Below are positions 7,651 to 18,700 of a stretch of DNA of 24,383 nt, piece after piece. Positions within the stretch are counted from its first letter, which is position 1. Each line of letters begins with the position of its first letter. Source of the stretch: Saprospiraceae bacterium. GTDB lineage: Bacteria; Bacteroidota; Bacteroidia; Chitinophagales; Saprospiraceae. The stretch covers positions 1 to 24,383 of the forward strand of contig WGBN01000139.1 in assembly GCA_015494245.1 (NCBI GenBank), given 5' to 3'. The translations under genes were made by a program, and so were the position numbers. The notes under the pieces were generated by a model that worked only from the letters and a program-made list of their open reading frames with translations, searched no databases and was not told where the DNA came from.

Positions 7651-10190
7651 TAGATGCCTTTCGGCAAATCCCGCAGAGCCAGGAGGTATTCATTTTTACC
7701 TCTGTGCAGACTCTCCTCACGCTCGTACACGAGACGGCCGAGAGCGTCGTACAGCTGCAATTGCAAAGGGCCGGCTTCCGGGCTTTTTATGCGCAAACGG
7801 GCATCTCCGGAGGATGGGTTGGGATAAAGCGTCCAACTCCAAAGGGAGGAAAGCTCGCCGGTGCCATCGGTCTTGAGTTGCACATAAGCCGTGGCGATGC
7901 TGCTGCAATGCAAATTGCCTGCAGTAAAAGAAACGAGATAGCTGTCGTAAGCGGGAAATACGTGAACGGGATTTTGCTCATTGGAAACGGGACTGCCATC
8001 CCCAAAATCCCACTCGTAAAACTCCACATCTCCAACAGAATTGTCGAAGAAAGAGACTTCCAGATCATTCACTTCCCAACTGAAAGCAGCAGAGGGAAAA
8101 GAAACCACTTCGATGTAATTGTGCTGTTCTAAAGTGTCAGCGCCTAAGTTGTTTTCTACAATCAGGCTCACATCGTAAAGGCCCGGGGAGGGGTAAGAAA
8201 CCACCGGATTCAAATCCGTAGAAGTGGAGGGATTGCCTCCGGGGAAATACCACTGCCAGCTGATGTCCGTACCCAAAGACTGGTTTTCAAACTGGGCAAC
8301 ATGCGGCGCACAACCCGATGGCAGATCCACGGAAAAAAGAGCCAGAGGAGGCACGCCAAAGAAGATATCTTCTTCCACGGTATAGAAACCACAGGCATTG
8401 AAAACCGTCAATGCAACTGTATAAGAACCGCCTGAGGCATAAGTATGGCTCACGCTCAAATCTGTGGAGACACCCGTACCATCGCCAAAGTCCCACCAAA
8501 GGCTGTCGGCATTGGAAACGACCGCCACAAAATCGGCTGTCAGCGCAGCTTGGTTGACGGTTGAACTAAAGGAAGCCGAAGGTGAAGGCTGGAACCACAA
8601 CAGGGATTCTCCGGAAACGATCGGTGCAAAACACGGATGTGAAAGCACAAGGCGATAGCGATTTCCCTGCATAGCCGGCTGAGCGAAAATCGTCAGTTCA
8701 GCCGTTTGCTGGCCGGCATAATCGGAAGCCCCTGCCGGAATATCCATGAAGCCGGAGCCCTCATCTACCTGCCATTGCACAGAGAGGTTCTCCCCTGCGA
8801 CTTCGGCAGTGAGTACAAAGGCATCGCCCTCACAAGCGAAAAGCGTATCCGGCAAATCAGCCGTCAGAGCCGGATAGACAAAAGGCTCTGTTCCTTGCGG
8901 CAAACCTGCCCAACTTTCATACAGGCCGGCTTCGCCGGCCTGTGCGCCATTGGTCGTGCCATCGCATTGGCTCAAATTGCCCGTATTTTCTCCCGGCAGG
9001 CCTCCTGACAAATCCGGATTCAGGCTCAGCAGGTTGCACATCAGGCGGCCACCGGAGCCTCCGCCACCCGGGCCATAACAACGCTCCGGCTCACTGTTGC
9101 TGCCTCCACCGTCGCCTCCTGTAAGCCGGATAACGGCATTGCCCTGAATGCCTGAGGTGAAGATAGCGACGGTACCCGCAGCGCCACCACCGCCACCTCC
9201 ATCGCCCTGGGCCATATTTGCCGAAAGGCCGGAAGAAGAAATCGGAAAGCCATTGGTCACCAAGACGCCGGCCTCTACCATAAAAATACCACCGCCATGG
9301 CCGCCGCCCGAGCCCGCACCGAGATCATTGGCATGGCCGGAGCCTCCACCGCCACCCATAAATATACGGTCGGAGGCAGGCTGTAGCGCCTTGCCGCCAC
9401 GCCCCGGGTAAATGCCCGGACAACCAAAAATGCTCTGGAAGTAATAATTTCCTCCCTGACCTCCCTGCGCTCCGACATGGCCGCCTCCGCCGCCCCCGCT
9501 GTTGTGATCATTGCCTCCGCCACCGCCATTGGCCTGAGCGCCGCGGCCGGCATCTTTACCGGTTATGAAATTGGCAATGCCCTCCCCTTTGGCTGCGCCC
9601 CGCCAATCGCTGAGTGCATAATACCAGTCGTTTTGCTGCAAAAACCACTGGCAAGAGCTCTCCTGAGGCAACAATAGACCTCCTCGAAACCCCTGCCCGT
9701 CCAAAATCACGGGCGCCTCGAGGAAAAGGGTATCGCTCACTTCCAAAGCCAAAACGCCCCCCGTCTGCCCATTCCAGGCCTGGGCCCGCAAAGTGTCAAC
9801 CACCACAGCCGAGGTATATTGAGGCAAAGAGACAATCTGCACATGCCCCGCAACCTGATAGTCGTGCAGCAAGTGCTGCTGCATAAAAAGAGAATCACCC
9901 TGAACGGCAGCAACCACCGCCCGCTCGTAAAAACCGGCGCCGGCGTAATCCAGCACATCCCCAAAAGAAGAAGAGTTGCTCTGGTCTATGCTTGCCCCCT
10001 GCATTTGAATGATCAACACGGGCTCTCCCGCCTGAAAAGGCGTGGGATCATCTACCACAAAAAGCCCCATACAGGTGTCTGCTTCGGCAACCGCAGCATA
10101 GTCGTTGACGATACCGGAAAGAGGAGTCTGAGCCTGAATAGTTTCAAAAAACACTAAATACACAAATAAGTGGCAGGCAAGTTTTTTCAT
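7593..10190 (-). CDS. T9SS type-A secreted protein, 865 aa: signal peptide + uncharacterised N-terminal domain + Gly-rich region + Ig-like + 3 PKD + CTD
   Basis: MKKLACHLFVYLVFFETIQAQ signal peptide; multiple GGGGG tracts at aa ~170-430; VQWQ...YRLVLS Ig-like segment; WWDFGDG, WQWYFPGG and YEWDFGDG PKD motifs; terminal LYPNPSSG...LQLYDALGRLV...LPKGIYYL CTD. Confidence 0.9.
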   Translation of the reverse strand: MKKLACHLFVYLVFFETIQAQTPLSGIVNDYAAVAEADTCMGLFVVDDPTPFQAGEPVLIIQMQGASIDQSNSSSFGDVLDYAGAGFYERAVVAAVQGDSLFMQQHLLHDYQVAGHVQIVSLPQYTSAVVVDTLRAQAWNGQTGGVLALEVSDTLFLEAPVILDGQGFRGGLLLPQESSCQWFLQQNDWYYALSDWRGAAKGEGIANFITGKDAGRGAQANGGGGGNDHNSGGGGGGHVGAQGGQGGNYYFQSIFGCPGIYPGRGGKALQPASDRIFMGGGGGSGHANDLGAGSGGGHGGGIFMVEAGVLVTNGFPISSSGLSANMAQGDGGGGGGAAGTVAIFTSGIQGNAVIRLTGGDGGGSNSEPERCYGPGGGGSGGRLMCNLLSLNPDLSGGLPGENTGNLSQCDGTTNGAQAGEAGLYESWAGLPQGTEPFVYPALTADLPDTLFACEGDAFVLTAEVAGENLSVQWQVDEGSGFMDIPAGASDYAGQQTAELTIFAQPAMQGNRYRLVLSHPCFAPIVSGESLLWFQPSPSASFSSTVNQAALTADFVAVVSNADSLWWDFGDGTGVSTDLSVSHTYASGGSYTVALTVFNACGFYTVEEDIFFGVPPLALFSVDLPSGCAPHVAQFENQSLGTDISWQWYFPGGNPSTSTDLNPVVSYPSPGLYDVSLIVENNLGADTLEQHNYIEVVSFPSAAFSWEVNDLEVSFFDNSVGDVEFYEWDFGDGSPVSNEQNPVHVFPAYDSYLVSFTAGNLHCSSIATAYVQLKTDGTGELSSLWSWTLYPNPSSGDARLRIKSPEAGPLQLQLYDALGRLVYEREESLHRGKNEYLLALRDLPKGIYYLHFSFERKGGVLPLVLR

Positions 10191-10234
10191 AAGGACGGTG
10201 TAGTTTTCTCTCGGTCGAACAACTCGGCCTTATG

Positions 10235-10242
10235 CAAATATA
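10235..10242 (-). promoter_or_regulatory. Putative -7 box (TATATTTG) for the Gly-rich T9SS gene
   Basis: Exact TAnnTTTG match 45 nt upstream of the ATG at 10190; -33 box not convincingly placed. Confidence 0.55.
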
Positions 10243-10280
10243 AAGTAGTTTGGGCGACTTTTGCCACCCAAGCCACTTTA
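10241..10280 (-). terminator. Long hairpin immediately after purE; probable intrinsic terminator or stability hairpin
   Basis: UAAAGUGG-C-UUGGGUGGC-AAAA-GUCGCCCAA-A-CUACUUUA (~17 bp with one mismatch), followed by UAUUUG; the U tract is imperfect. Confidence 0.6.
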
Positions 10281-10281
10281 A

Positions 10282-10761
10282 TCACTCCTCAAAGCCCGCA
10301 TTCAAAACCCGATCGCGCAATTTTTTTTGGTAATCTGCTATTTTTCTGCGGATGCTTTCATCTTGAGCGCCGAGGATGCGTGCTGCCAGCAAACCTGCGT
10401 TTTTGGCGCCATTCAGGGCTACCGTAGCGACGGGCACACCACCGGGCATTTGCAAAATAGAGAGTATGGAATCCCAGCCATCTATGGAATTGGAAGATTT
10501 GACCGGTACGCCTATGACGGGCAAAGGGATGAGCGATGCAACCATGCCCGGCAAGTGGGCTGCTCCTCCGGCACCTGCTATGATAACGGCAATGCCGCGC
10601 TCTTCTGCCTTGCGGGCATATTCCATCATGTACTCGGGCGTTCGGTGAGCCGAGACCACAGCGCGTTCATAGTCCAGACCCAACTCATCCAGTATTTCTG
10701 CAGCAGCCTGCATAACCGGCCAGTCGGATTTAGAGCCCATAATGATGGCTATCTTTGGCAT
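10282..10761 (-). CDS. purE: N5-carboxyaminoimidazole ribonucleotide mutase, 159 aa
   Basis: [54 protein letters not shown]. Confidence 0.98.
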   Translation of the reverse strand: MPKIAIIMGSKSDWPVMQAAAEILDELGLDYERAVVSAHRTPEYMMEYARKAEERGIAVIIAGAGGAAHLPGMVASLIPLPVIGVPVKSSNSIDGWDSILSILQMPGGVPVATVALNGAKNAGLLAARILGAQDESIRRKIADYQKKLRDRVLNAGFEE

Positions 10762-10777
10762 AGGAAAATTATTTATA

Positions 10778-11365
10778 TCAACGCCATTGCGGCCCGATCA
10801 AAAAATCGAAGTAATATTGCGTTCTGATGCGCAAAAGTTTTTCGCCATAGAGGGGGTCCGTAGCATAGCCGCAATCCACAACCACCTGTACCCAATCTTC
10901 AAAAGTGGGTGAGCTGTATTGGTTGATATCCAGATAGCAGCCACGCGTCTGGAGATGCTCTACATAATCGAGAAAGCTCTCGTAAGCAGAATCGTATTTC
11001 TTAAAACAGGTATAACTCAGCACGGGCCCTTCGCCGGGGATGAAATCCTTGTGCATCATGCAATAAGAAGGGCCGTCTTCATAGGGGTTTTTGATGCCGA
11101 AATAGTTGTTGGCCCGGAGGGTCAGTTCGCTGCGGCCCCAGCCCGATTCCAAAGCGGCCACGCAGAGCAATAGATCCACGGGCATGCCTGTTTTACGGGC
11201 GACGGCGGAGGCTGCGGGGAGATTGGCATTCAGGTATTTCAATACGACTTTGGGGATGTCTTTCCAGATGACAGCATCGTATTGAAGATTGGGGTAGGCA
11301 TTGCTGCTTTGGGCAGTCAAGTCAAAAGCAGCTATCCAGCAGAGTAAGAGCAGCAGCTTTTTCAT
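10778..11365 (-). CDS. Secreted GH73-family glucosaminidase / peptidoglycan hydrolase (FlgJ/Bax-like), ~195 aa
   Basis: Preferred start [19 protein letters not shown] (signal peptide, ATG 11365; the ORF-track start at 11398 lies inside the terminator hairpin); [29 protein letters not shown] and GYATDPLY motifs. Confidence 0.9.
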   Translation of the reverse strand: MKKLLLLLCWIAAFDLTAQSSNAYPNLQYDAVIWKDIPKVVLKYLNANLPAASAVARKTGMPVDLLLCVAALESGWGRSELTLRANNYFGIKNPYEDGPSYCMMHKDFIPGEGPVLSYTCFKKYDSAYESFLDYVEHLQTRGCYLDINQYSSPTFEDWVQVVVDCGYATDPLYGEKLLRIRTQYYFDFLIGPQWR

Positions 11366-11370
11366 AAGTA

Positions 11371-11407
11371 CAAAAAGCGGGATGAGCGCTGCACGCACTC
11401 ATCCCGC
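11371..11407 (-). terminator. Intrinsic terminator after rpoC
   Basis: GCGGGAUGAGUGC-GUGCA-GCGCUCAUCCCGC, a 13-bp stem followed by UUUUUGUACUU. Confidence 0.85.
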
Positions 11408-11415
11408 TGTGTAGA

Positions 11416-14400
11416 TTAATCTTCCGGTTCTTGCTGCATGGCCGATTCCAGCGCTCTGCGCTCTTCGTCGCGCTTGTGGTCTTCCATGCTCATGACCAGC
11501 AATTTCTCGTATTTTCTCAGGCCCGTACCGGCGGGTATCTTTTTACCGACGATGACGTTTTCCTTCAAGCCCAGCAACTCATCGCGTTTTGCGCCGATAG
11601 CTGCCGTGCTGAGCACCTTGGTCGTCTCCTGGAAGGACGCTGCCGAAATCCAACTTTGCACGCCCAAAGAAGAACGGGTAAGGCCCTGCAACAAGGGGCT
11701 GGAAGTCGCCGGGACGGCATCGCGGTATTCCACCAGTTTTTTGTCCTCGCGCTTGAGCCTGGAGTTTTCTTCCCGCAGCTCGCGCAGAGAAACCAACTGC
11801 CCGGGTTTAAGCACCGTGGAGTCGCCTGCATCCGTAACGACTTTCTTGTCGTAAATGCGGTCGTTTTCCTCCATAAAGTCGTACTTATCAATGGCCTCGC
11901 CTTCGAGGAAGCGGGTATCACCCGGGTCCACAATTTCGACGCGGCGCATCATTTGGCGCACGATCACTTCGATGTGTTTGTTGTTAATGCCGATGCCCTG
12001 CGAGCGATATACCTCCTGCACGCCATTCACCAGATACTCCTGCACGGCAAAGATGCCCTTGATGGCCATGATGTCGCGGGGCGAAATAGCGCCATCGGAA
12101 AGAGGCGTACCTGCACGCACAAAGTCTCCTTCCTGCACCAGTATGTGCTTGGAGAGGCTGATGAGGTACTTGCGCTTCTGACCGTCTCTGCCTGTGATGA
12201 TCACCTCGCGGTTACCGCGCTTGATCTTTCCAAAGCTGACAATGCCGTCTATCTCAGAGACTACAGCAGGGTTGGCCGGATTGCGAGCCTCAAACAGCTC
12301 GGTAACCCGCGGCAGACCCCCGGTGATGTCCTGCAATTTACCCATCGTTCGCGGTATCTTGGCAATGCGCTCACCGGAGCTGATCTTCTGACCGTCGTTC
12401 ACCACGAGGTGAGCACCTACCGGCAGGTTGTAGCTCTTCACCTCCTCGCCTTTATCATTCAAAATCTTGATGGCAGGGATGATGCGGCGGGCACGCGTCT
12501 CAATGATCACCTTCTCCTGATAACCCGTCTGATCGTCCTGCTCAATCCGGTAGGTGATGCCCTCCTCTATGTTTTCATAGGAGACCGTACCACCCACTTC
12601 CGTAACGATGACGGCATTGAAGGGGTCCCATTCGCAAATGATGTCTCCTTTCTTCACTTTCTGCTTGTCCTTCACATAGAGAATGGCGCCATAGGGTATG
12701 TGGTGCGTAACAAAGACCTTTCCGCTATCCTTGTCCTTGATGCGAATCTCTCCGGTACGGGAAAGAACGACTTGCTGCTTGGCGCCGGAGTCATCCTGGT
12801 AAATGGTAACCTTGATGTTGTCAAACTCCAGAATACCATCAAACTTGGAGATGATTTCCGATTCCGTCTTCGACAGCGAGGCGATACCACCGATGTGGAA
12901 GGTACGCAGCGTCAACTGCGTTCCCGGCTCACCGATGGACTGAGCGGCCATGATTCCCACGGCATCGCCCTCTTCGGCAATGCGGTTGGTAGCCAGGTTT
13001 TTGCCATAGCACTTGGCACATACACCACGACGAGCCTCACAAGTCAGTACCGAACGAATGGTTACGCTTTCCACACCTACCTCTTCGATGTATGCAGCCT
13101 TATCTTCATCAATATAGTCACCTGCCTTGAGGATCAACTCATCCGTTACCGGATGGTGGATGTCGTACAGCGTATAACGGCCGGCAATCCGATCGGACAA
13201 AAGTTCGATGACTTTGTCATTTTCTTTGAATTCCCGCGTTTCTATGCCCCGCAGCGTATGGCAATCCCTTTCGGTGATCACCACATCCTGAGCCACATCT
13301 ACCAAACGACGCGTCAGATAACCGGCATCGGCCGTTTTCAAAGCCGTATCCGCCAGACCTTTCCGGGCACCGTGGGTAGAGATGAAGTATTCCAATACCG
13401 ACAGACCATCCACAAAATTGGAGAGGATGGGGTTTTCGATAATGGCGGCTCCCGTATCGCCCGATTTACGGGGCTTGGCCATCAAGCCACGCAAACCGCA
13501 CAACTGCTTAATCTGCGATTTAGAACCACGGGCTCCCGAGTCGAGCATCATGAATACCGAGTTAAAGCCGTTTTTGTGTTCGGCCAACTCCTTCATGAGG
13601 TTGTCGGTAATCTTTTGGTCGGCATAGGTCCATTTGTCAATGATCTGGTTGTAGCGCTCATTGTACGTGATGAAACCCGTATTGTAGTTTTCCCAGACTT
13701 CTTCCACTTCGGCCTGGGCTTCTTCTATGGTTTTCTGCTTAATCGTCGGCACGATCAGGTCGCCGAGATTAAAGGACAAACCGCCTTTGAAGGCCCATAC
13801 AAAGCCGAGTTCTTTGATGTCGTCGAGGAATTTTGCCGTTTCCACAAAGCTGGTGCGCCTCAAGACATTGGCGATGACCTTTTTGAGCTTTTTCTTCGTC
13901 ATCAGCTCATTGATGAAGGGCATGTTCTTGGGCACAGCCTGGTTGAAGATGACGCGACCGGCAGTGGTTTCAATGCGCTTTTTAACCATCTTTCCATCTG
14001 CATCCTCCACATTCACACGCACCTGGATCAGTTCGTGCAGGGTAATTTGCCCTTCGTTGTAGGCGATGAGCACCTCTTCTTCGGAGTAAAAGGTCTTGAC
14101 CGGATATTTGGCCTTCTTTTTGTTCTTTTTCTCTTTTTGGTCGTTGCCTACTTTGGTGATGTAGTACAGGCCCAACACCATATCCTGAGACGGTACCGTT
14201 ACCGGTTCGCCGTTTTGGGGATTGAGCATGTTGTGGGAAGACAACATCAGCACCTGAGCTTCCAGAATGGCAGCCTGCGAAAGGGGTACGTGCACAGCCA
14301 TTTGGTCGCCGTCAAAGTCGGCGTTGAAGGCGCTACATACCAGCGGGTGCAGTTGTATAGCCTTGCCCTCGATGAGTTTTGGCTGGAAGGCCTGAATGGA

Positions 14401-15738
14401 CAAGCGGTGCAGCGTCGGAGCACGGTTGAGCAGGATGGGGTGCCCTTTGAGGATGTTCTCGAGAATATCCCAAATCATGGGGTCTTTGCGATCCACCAGT
14501 TTTTTAGCCGATTTAACGGTTTTCACCACGCCCCGTTCTACCAACTTGCGGATGATAAAGGGCTTGAACAGCTCGGAAGCCATGCCTTTCGGCAAACCGC
14601 ATTGGTGCAACTTCAGGCTTGGACCTACGACGATCACCGAACGGCCGGAATAGTCCACGCGCTTACCGAGGAGGTTCTGACGGAAACGGCCCTGCTTTCC
14701 TTTGAGGATATCGCTGAGCGATTTAAGCGCCCGGCCTCCTTCGCCTTTCACGGCATTGGATTTGCGGGAGTTGTCGAAGAGCGAATCCACAGCCTCCTGC
14801 AGCATTCGCTTTTCATTGCGCAGAATCACCTCCGGCGCTTTGATTTCGAGCAGACGCTTCAGGCGGTTGTTGCGAATGATGACGCGGCGATACAAATCAT
14901 TGAGGTCAGAGCTGGCAAAACGGCCTCCATCCAGAGGCACCAACGGACGCAGCTCCGGCGGAATGACCGGCAGATATTGGATGATCGTCCATTCGGGGCG
15001 ATTTTCCACGCGCGTCTGGCCATCGCGGAACAACTCCACAACGCGCAGGCGCTTCAGCGCTTCGGATTTGCGTTGCTGAGCGGTTTCCGTAGCGGCCTTG
15101 TGGCGCAGTTCATACGAGAGCTGGTCCAAATCCAGGCCGGCCAACAGATCGCGGATGGCCTCCGCACCCATTTTGGCGATGAATTTGTTGGGGTCGCTGT
15201 CGTCCAACTTCTGATTGTCGGGCGGCAACAACTCCAGAGCTTCCATGTATTCCTCTTCCGTCAGCAGGTCGAGGTAGTTAAAACGGTCTTCCAGGACTCC
15301 CGGCTGAATCACGGCATAGCGCTCGTAATAGATCACCGTCTCCAATTTCTTGGAAGACAGGCCGAGCAGGTGACCGATTTTATTGGGCAGTGAGCGGAAG
15401 AACCAGATGTGTACGACCGGTACGACCAGCTTGATGTGTCCCATGCGCTCGCGACGCACTTTCTTTTCCGTCACTTCCACGCCGCAGCGGTCGCAAACGA
15501 TGCCTTTATAGCGAATACGCTTGTATTTGCCACAATAGCACTCATAGTCCTTCACCGGGCCAAAAATGCGCTCACAAAACAAGCCGTCGCGCTCGGGCTT
15601 GTAAGAGCGGTAGTTGATGGTTTCCGGTTTGAGCACCTCCCCGTAAGAGCGTTCCAGAATCTCATCCGGAGAGGACAAGCTCAGCGTAATGCTCTTAAAG
15701 GTTTGCTTCTGAATGGATGGTTCTTTTTTAAAAGGCAT
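11416..15738 (-). CDS. rpoC: DNA-directed RNA polymerase beta' subunit (~1440 aa)
   Basis: [19 protein letters not shown] Zn finger, [25 protein letters not shown] catalytic motif, [19 protein letters not shown] 15738 (MPFKKE) preferred over the TTG at 15768. Confidence 0.99.
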   Translation of the reverse strand: MPFKKEPSIQKQTFKSITLSLSSPDEILERSYGEVLKPETINYRSYKPERDGLFCERIFGPVKDYECYCGKYKRIRYKGIVCDRCGVEVTEKKVRRERMGHIKLVVPVVHIWFFRSLPNKIGHLLGLSSKKLETVIYYERYAVIQPGVLEDRFNYLDLLTEEEYMEALELLPPDNQKLDDSDPNKFIAKMGAEAIRDLLAGLDLDQLSYELRHKAATETAQQRKSEALKRLRVVELFRDGQTRVENRPEWTIIQYLPVIPPELRPLVPLDGGRFASSDLNDLYRRVIIRNNRLKRLLEIKAPEVILRNEKRMLQEAVDSLFDNSRKSNAVKGEGGRALKSLSDILKGKQGRFRQNLLGKRVDYSGRSVIVVGPSLKLHQCGLPKGMASELFKPFIIRKLVERGVVKTVKSAKKLVDRKDPMIWDILENILKGHPILLNRAPTLHRLSIQAFQPKLIEGKAIQLHPLVCSAFNADFDGDQMAVHVPLSQAAILEAQVLMLSSHNMLNPQNGEPVTVPSQDMVLGLYYITKVGNDQKEKKNKKKAKYPVKTFYSEEEVLIAYNEGQITLHELIQVRVNVEDADGKMVKKRIETTAGRVIFNQAVPKNMPFINELMTKKKLKKVIANVLRRTSFVETAKFLDDIKELGFVWAFKGGLSFNLGDLIVPTIKQKTIEEAQAEVEEVWENYNTGFITYNERYNQIIDKWTYADQKITDNLMKELAEHKNGFNSVFMMLDSGARGSKSQIKQLCGLRGLMAKPRKSGDTGAAIIENPILSNFVDGLSVLEYFISTHGARKGLADTALKTADAGYLTRRLVDVAQDVVITERDCHTLRGIETREFKENDKVIELLSDRIAGRYTLYDIHHPVTDELILKAGDYIDEDKAAYIEEVGVESVTIRSVLTCEARRGVCAKCYGKNLATNRIAEEGDAVGIMAAQSIGEPGTQLTLRTFHIGGIASLSKTESEIISKFDGILEFDNIKVTIYQDDSGAKQQVVLSRTGEIRIKDKDSGKVFVTHHIPYGAILYVKDKQKVKKGDIICEWDPFNAVIVTEVGGTVSYENIEEGITYRIEQDDQTGYQEKVIIETRARRIIPAIKILNDKGEEVKSYNLPVGAHLVVNDGQKISSGERIAKIPRTMGKLQDITGGLPRVTELFEARNPANPAVVSEIDGIVSFGKIKRGNREVIITGRDGQKRKYLISLSKHILVQEGDFVRAGTPLSDGAISPRDIMAIKGIFAVQEYLVNGVQEVYRSQGIGINNKHIEVIVRQMMRRVEIVDPGDTRFLEGEAIDKYDFMEENDRIYDKKVVTDAGDSTVLKPGQLVSLRELREENSRLKREDKKLVEYRDAVPATSSPLLQGLTRSSLGVQSWISAASFQETTKVLSTAAIGAKRDELLGLKENVIVGKKIPAGTGLRKYEKLLVMSMEDHKRDEERRALESAMQQEPED

Positions 15739-15764
15739 AATCTTTGGCTCTTTTGTATGTCTAA

Positions 15765-18700
15765 TCAATCAAAGCTCACTTCCAGAGCCAGGCCTCTCAA
15801 CTCGTGGATGAGGACGTTGAAGGACTCCGGAATGTTGGGCTCGGGCAGCGGGTCACCTTTGACGATGGCCTCATAGGCTTTGGAGCGGCCGGCCATATCA
15901 TCGGATTTTATGGTCAGCAATTCGCGAAGCATGTTGGCAGCGCCAAAGGCTTCGAGCGCCCACACCTCCATCTCACCAAAGCGCTGGCCACCAAACTGCG
16001 CCTTACCTCCCAGCGGCTGCTGGGTGATGAGCGAGTACGGGCCAATAGAACGGGCGTGCATCTTATCGTCCACCATGTGAGACAATTTGAGCATGTAAAT
16101 CACACCCACAGTCGCCTGCTGGTGGAAGCGGTCTCCGGTTTCACCATCGTACAGATAAGTTTGGCCAAGTGAGGGCAAGCCTGCTTTCTGAATCTGCTCC
16201 TCAATCTCCTCGGATTTGGCTCCGTCAAAAATCGGCGTGGCATATTTAACTCCCAATTTTTCTCCGGCCCAGCCAAGTACGGTCTCAAAGATCTGCCCCA
16301 GGTTCATCCGCGAAGGCACGCCCAGAGGGTTCAATACGATATCCACCGGAGTGCCATCCTCGAGGAAAGGCATGTCTTCTTCGGGTACGATTTTAGAAAC
16401 GATACCCTTATTACCGTGGCGACCGGCGAGCTTATCACCCACCTTGAGCTTGCGCTTTTTGGCGAGATACACCTTAGCCAGTTTCAGCACGCCTGCGGGC
16501 AATTCGTCACCTATGGAGATGTTGAACTTCTCGCGGTTGTAGCGGCCGAGTTCTTCGCTGTACTTGATGTTGTAGTTGTGCAAGAGGCGAATCACCAGAT
16601 TGTTGATGTGCTCATCGGTAGTCCACTTGCTGGGGTTGATGTGGTTGTACTCCAGCTTGCGCAAAATGGATTGCGTAAAGCGGGTACCCTTGGGCACCAG
16701 CACTTCGCCATAGGTGTTTTTCACACCCTGGGAAGTCTTGCCCTTGATGAGCGTAAAGAGCTTATCCACCAAAATGGTTTTCAACTCGTTGAGGGCTACC
16801 TTGTGCTCCGTTTCCAGTTTGAGCAACAACTCTTTTTCCTGCTCCTTCTGCAACTTATCTTTCTTGGCACGCAGGAAGAGCTGCGTTGCAATCACGACGC
16901 CCTGAGTCGAAGGCGGCGCTTTCAAAGAAGCATCTTTTACATCTCCGGCCTTGTCGCCAAAGATGGCTCTCAACAGTTTCTCCTCCGGCGTGGGATCGCT
17001 TTCGCCCTTAGGCGTGATCTTTCCGATGAGGATGTCGCGCTCTTTCACCCAGGCCCCTACGCGGATGATACCGTTTTCATCCAGGTCCTTGATGGCATCT
17101 TCGCTGACGTTGGGGATGTCGTTGGTGAGCTCCTCTTCACCCAATTTGGTATCGCGCACATCGAGATCGAAGTTTTCGATGTGCAGGGAGGTGAAGATAT
17201 CGTCGCGAACGACGCGCTCGGAAATCACGATGGCATCCTCAAAGTTAAACCCTTTCCAGGGCATAAACGCCACCTTGAGGTTTTGACCGAGCGCCAGTTC
17301 GCCTTTTTCTGTGGCATAGCCGTCGCAAAGGATCTGTCCTTTGGTCACGCGATCGCCTTTACGGACAATGGGCTTCAGGTTGATGCAGGTGCCCTGGTTG
17401 GTCCGGCGGAACTTGATGAGGTTATAGGTCTTGGAGCTGTCTTCAAAAGAGATCAGCTTTTCCTCTTCCGTGCGATCATAGCGAATGACGATCTTGGTGG
17501 CATCCACGTATTCTACCACGCCCTCCCCTTCGGCATTGATGAGCATGCGGCTATCGCGGGCGACCTTGCCTTCGAGTCCTGTTCCCACGATAGGAGCTTT
17601 GGGCTTGAGCAAAGGCACTGCCTGGCGCTGCATGTTAGAGCCCATGAGTGCACGGTTGGCGTCATCGTTTTCAAGGAAGGGAATCAGCGAAGCCGATACG
17701 CCCACGATCTGGTTTGGAGCGATGTCTATGAAGTCAATTTCCTCCGGCGGCAAGACGGGGAAATCCCCGTGCTCGCGGCACTTAATGCGATCGGAGAGGA
17801 AGGCGCCTTTCTCGTCGAGAGGAGCGTTGGCCTGGGCAATACGCTTGTCGTCCTCGCCTTCGGCCGAGAGGTACTGAATGCCGCCTTTCAAATCCACCTT
17901 GCCGTTTTTCACGGGGTGATAGGGCGTTTCGAGGAAGCCCATTTTGTTTACCTTGGCGTGCACGCAGAGGGTAGAGATCAGGCCGATATTGGGTCCTTCC
18001 GGCGTCTCGATGGTACAGAGGCGGCCGTAGTGAGAATAGTGTACGTCGCGCACCTCAAAGCCTGCGCGCTCGCGGGACAGACCCCCCGGGCCGAGGGCAG
18101 AGATTCTGCGCTTGTGGGTGATTTCCGACAGCGGGTTGGTCTGATCCAGAAACTGCGACAACTGGCTGGTACCGAAGAAGGAGTTGATCACCGAAGAGAG
18201 CGTGCGGGCATTGATCAGCTCGATGGGCGTAAACACCTCGTTGTCACGCACATTCATGCGCTCGCGGATGGTGCGCGCCATACGGGCCAGACCTACGCCA
18301 AACTGGGCATACAACTGCTCGCCTACCGTGCGCACACGACGGTTGCTCAGGTGGTCAATGTCATCTACCTCTGCTTTTTGATTGATCAGGCGCACGAGAT
18401 ATTTGACGATGACGATGATGTCTTCTTTGGTCAAGACCAGCGTATCCATAGGAATGTCCAGGCCCAGCTTGCGGTTGATCTTGTAGCGACCTACTTCTCC
18501 GAGGTTGTAGCGTTTCTCGGAGAAGAAGAGTTTGTCAATGATGCCGCGGGCCGTTTCGTCATCCGGCGGCTCGGTGCCGCGCAGCTGGCGGTAGATGTAG
18601 TTCACAGCTTCCATTTCGGAGCTGGACTGGTCTTTTTGCAGGGTGTTGTAGATGATGGAGTAGTCCTCATCCACATCTTCCCGCTGCAGGATGACCTCCT

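Noticed and set aside
11431-15393. 1320-aa plus-strand ORF antisense to rpoC
   Set aside because: In register with rpoC (offset 15 nt); explained by scarcity of TTA/CTA/TCA codons in a highly expressed gene; no domain motifs.
15765-15768. rpoB/rpoC overlap implied by the ORF track
   Set aside because: It depends on a TTG start at 15768; the ATG at 15738 (MPFKKE) fits typical RpoC N-termini and leaves a 26-nt gap.
18080-18200. Possible rifampicin-resistance substitutions in the rpoB RRDR
   Set aside because: [26 protein letters not shown] keeps the residues equivalent to E. coli Q513, D516, H526 and S531; nothing unusual.
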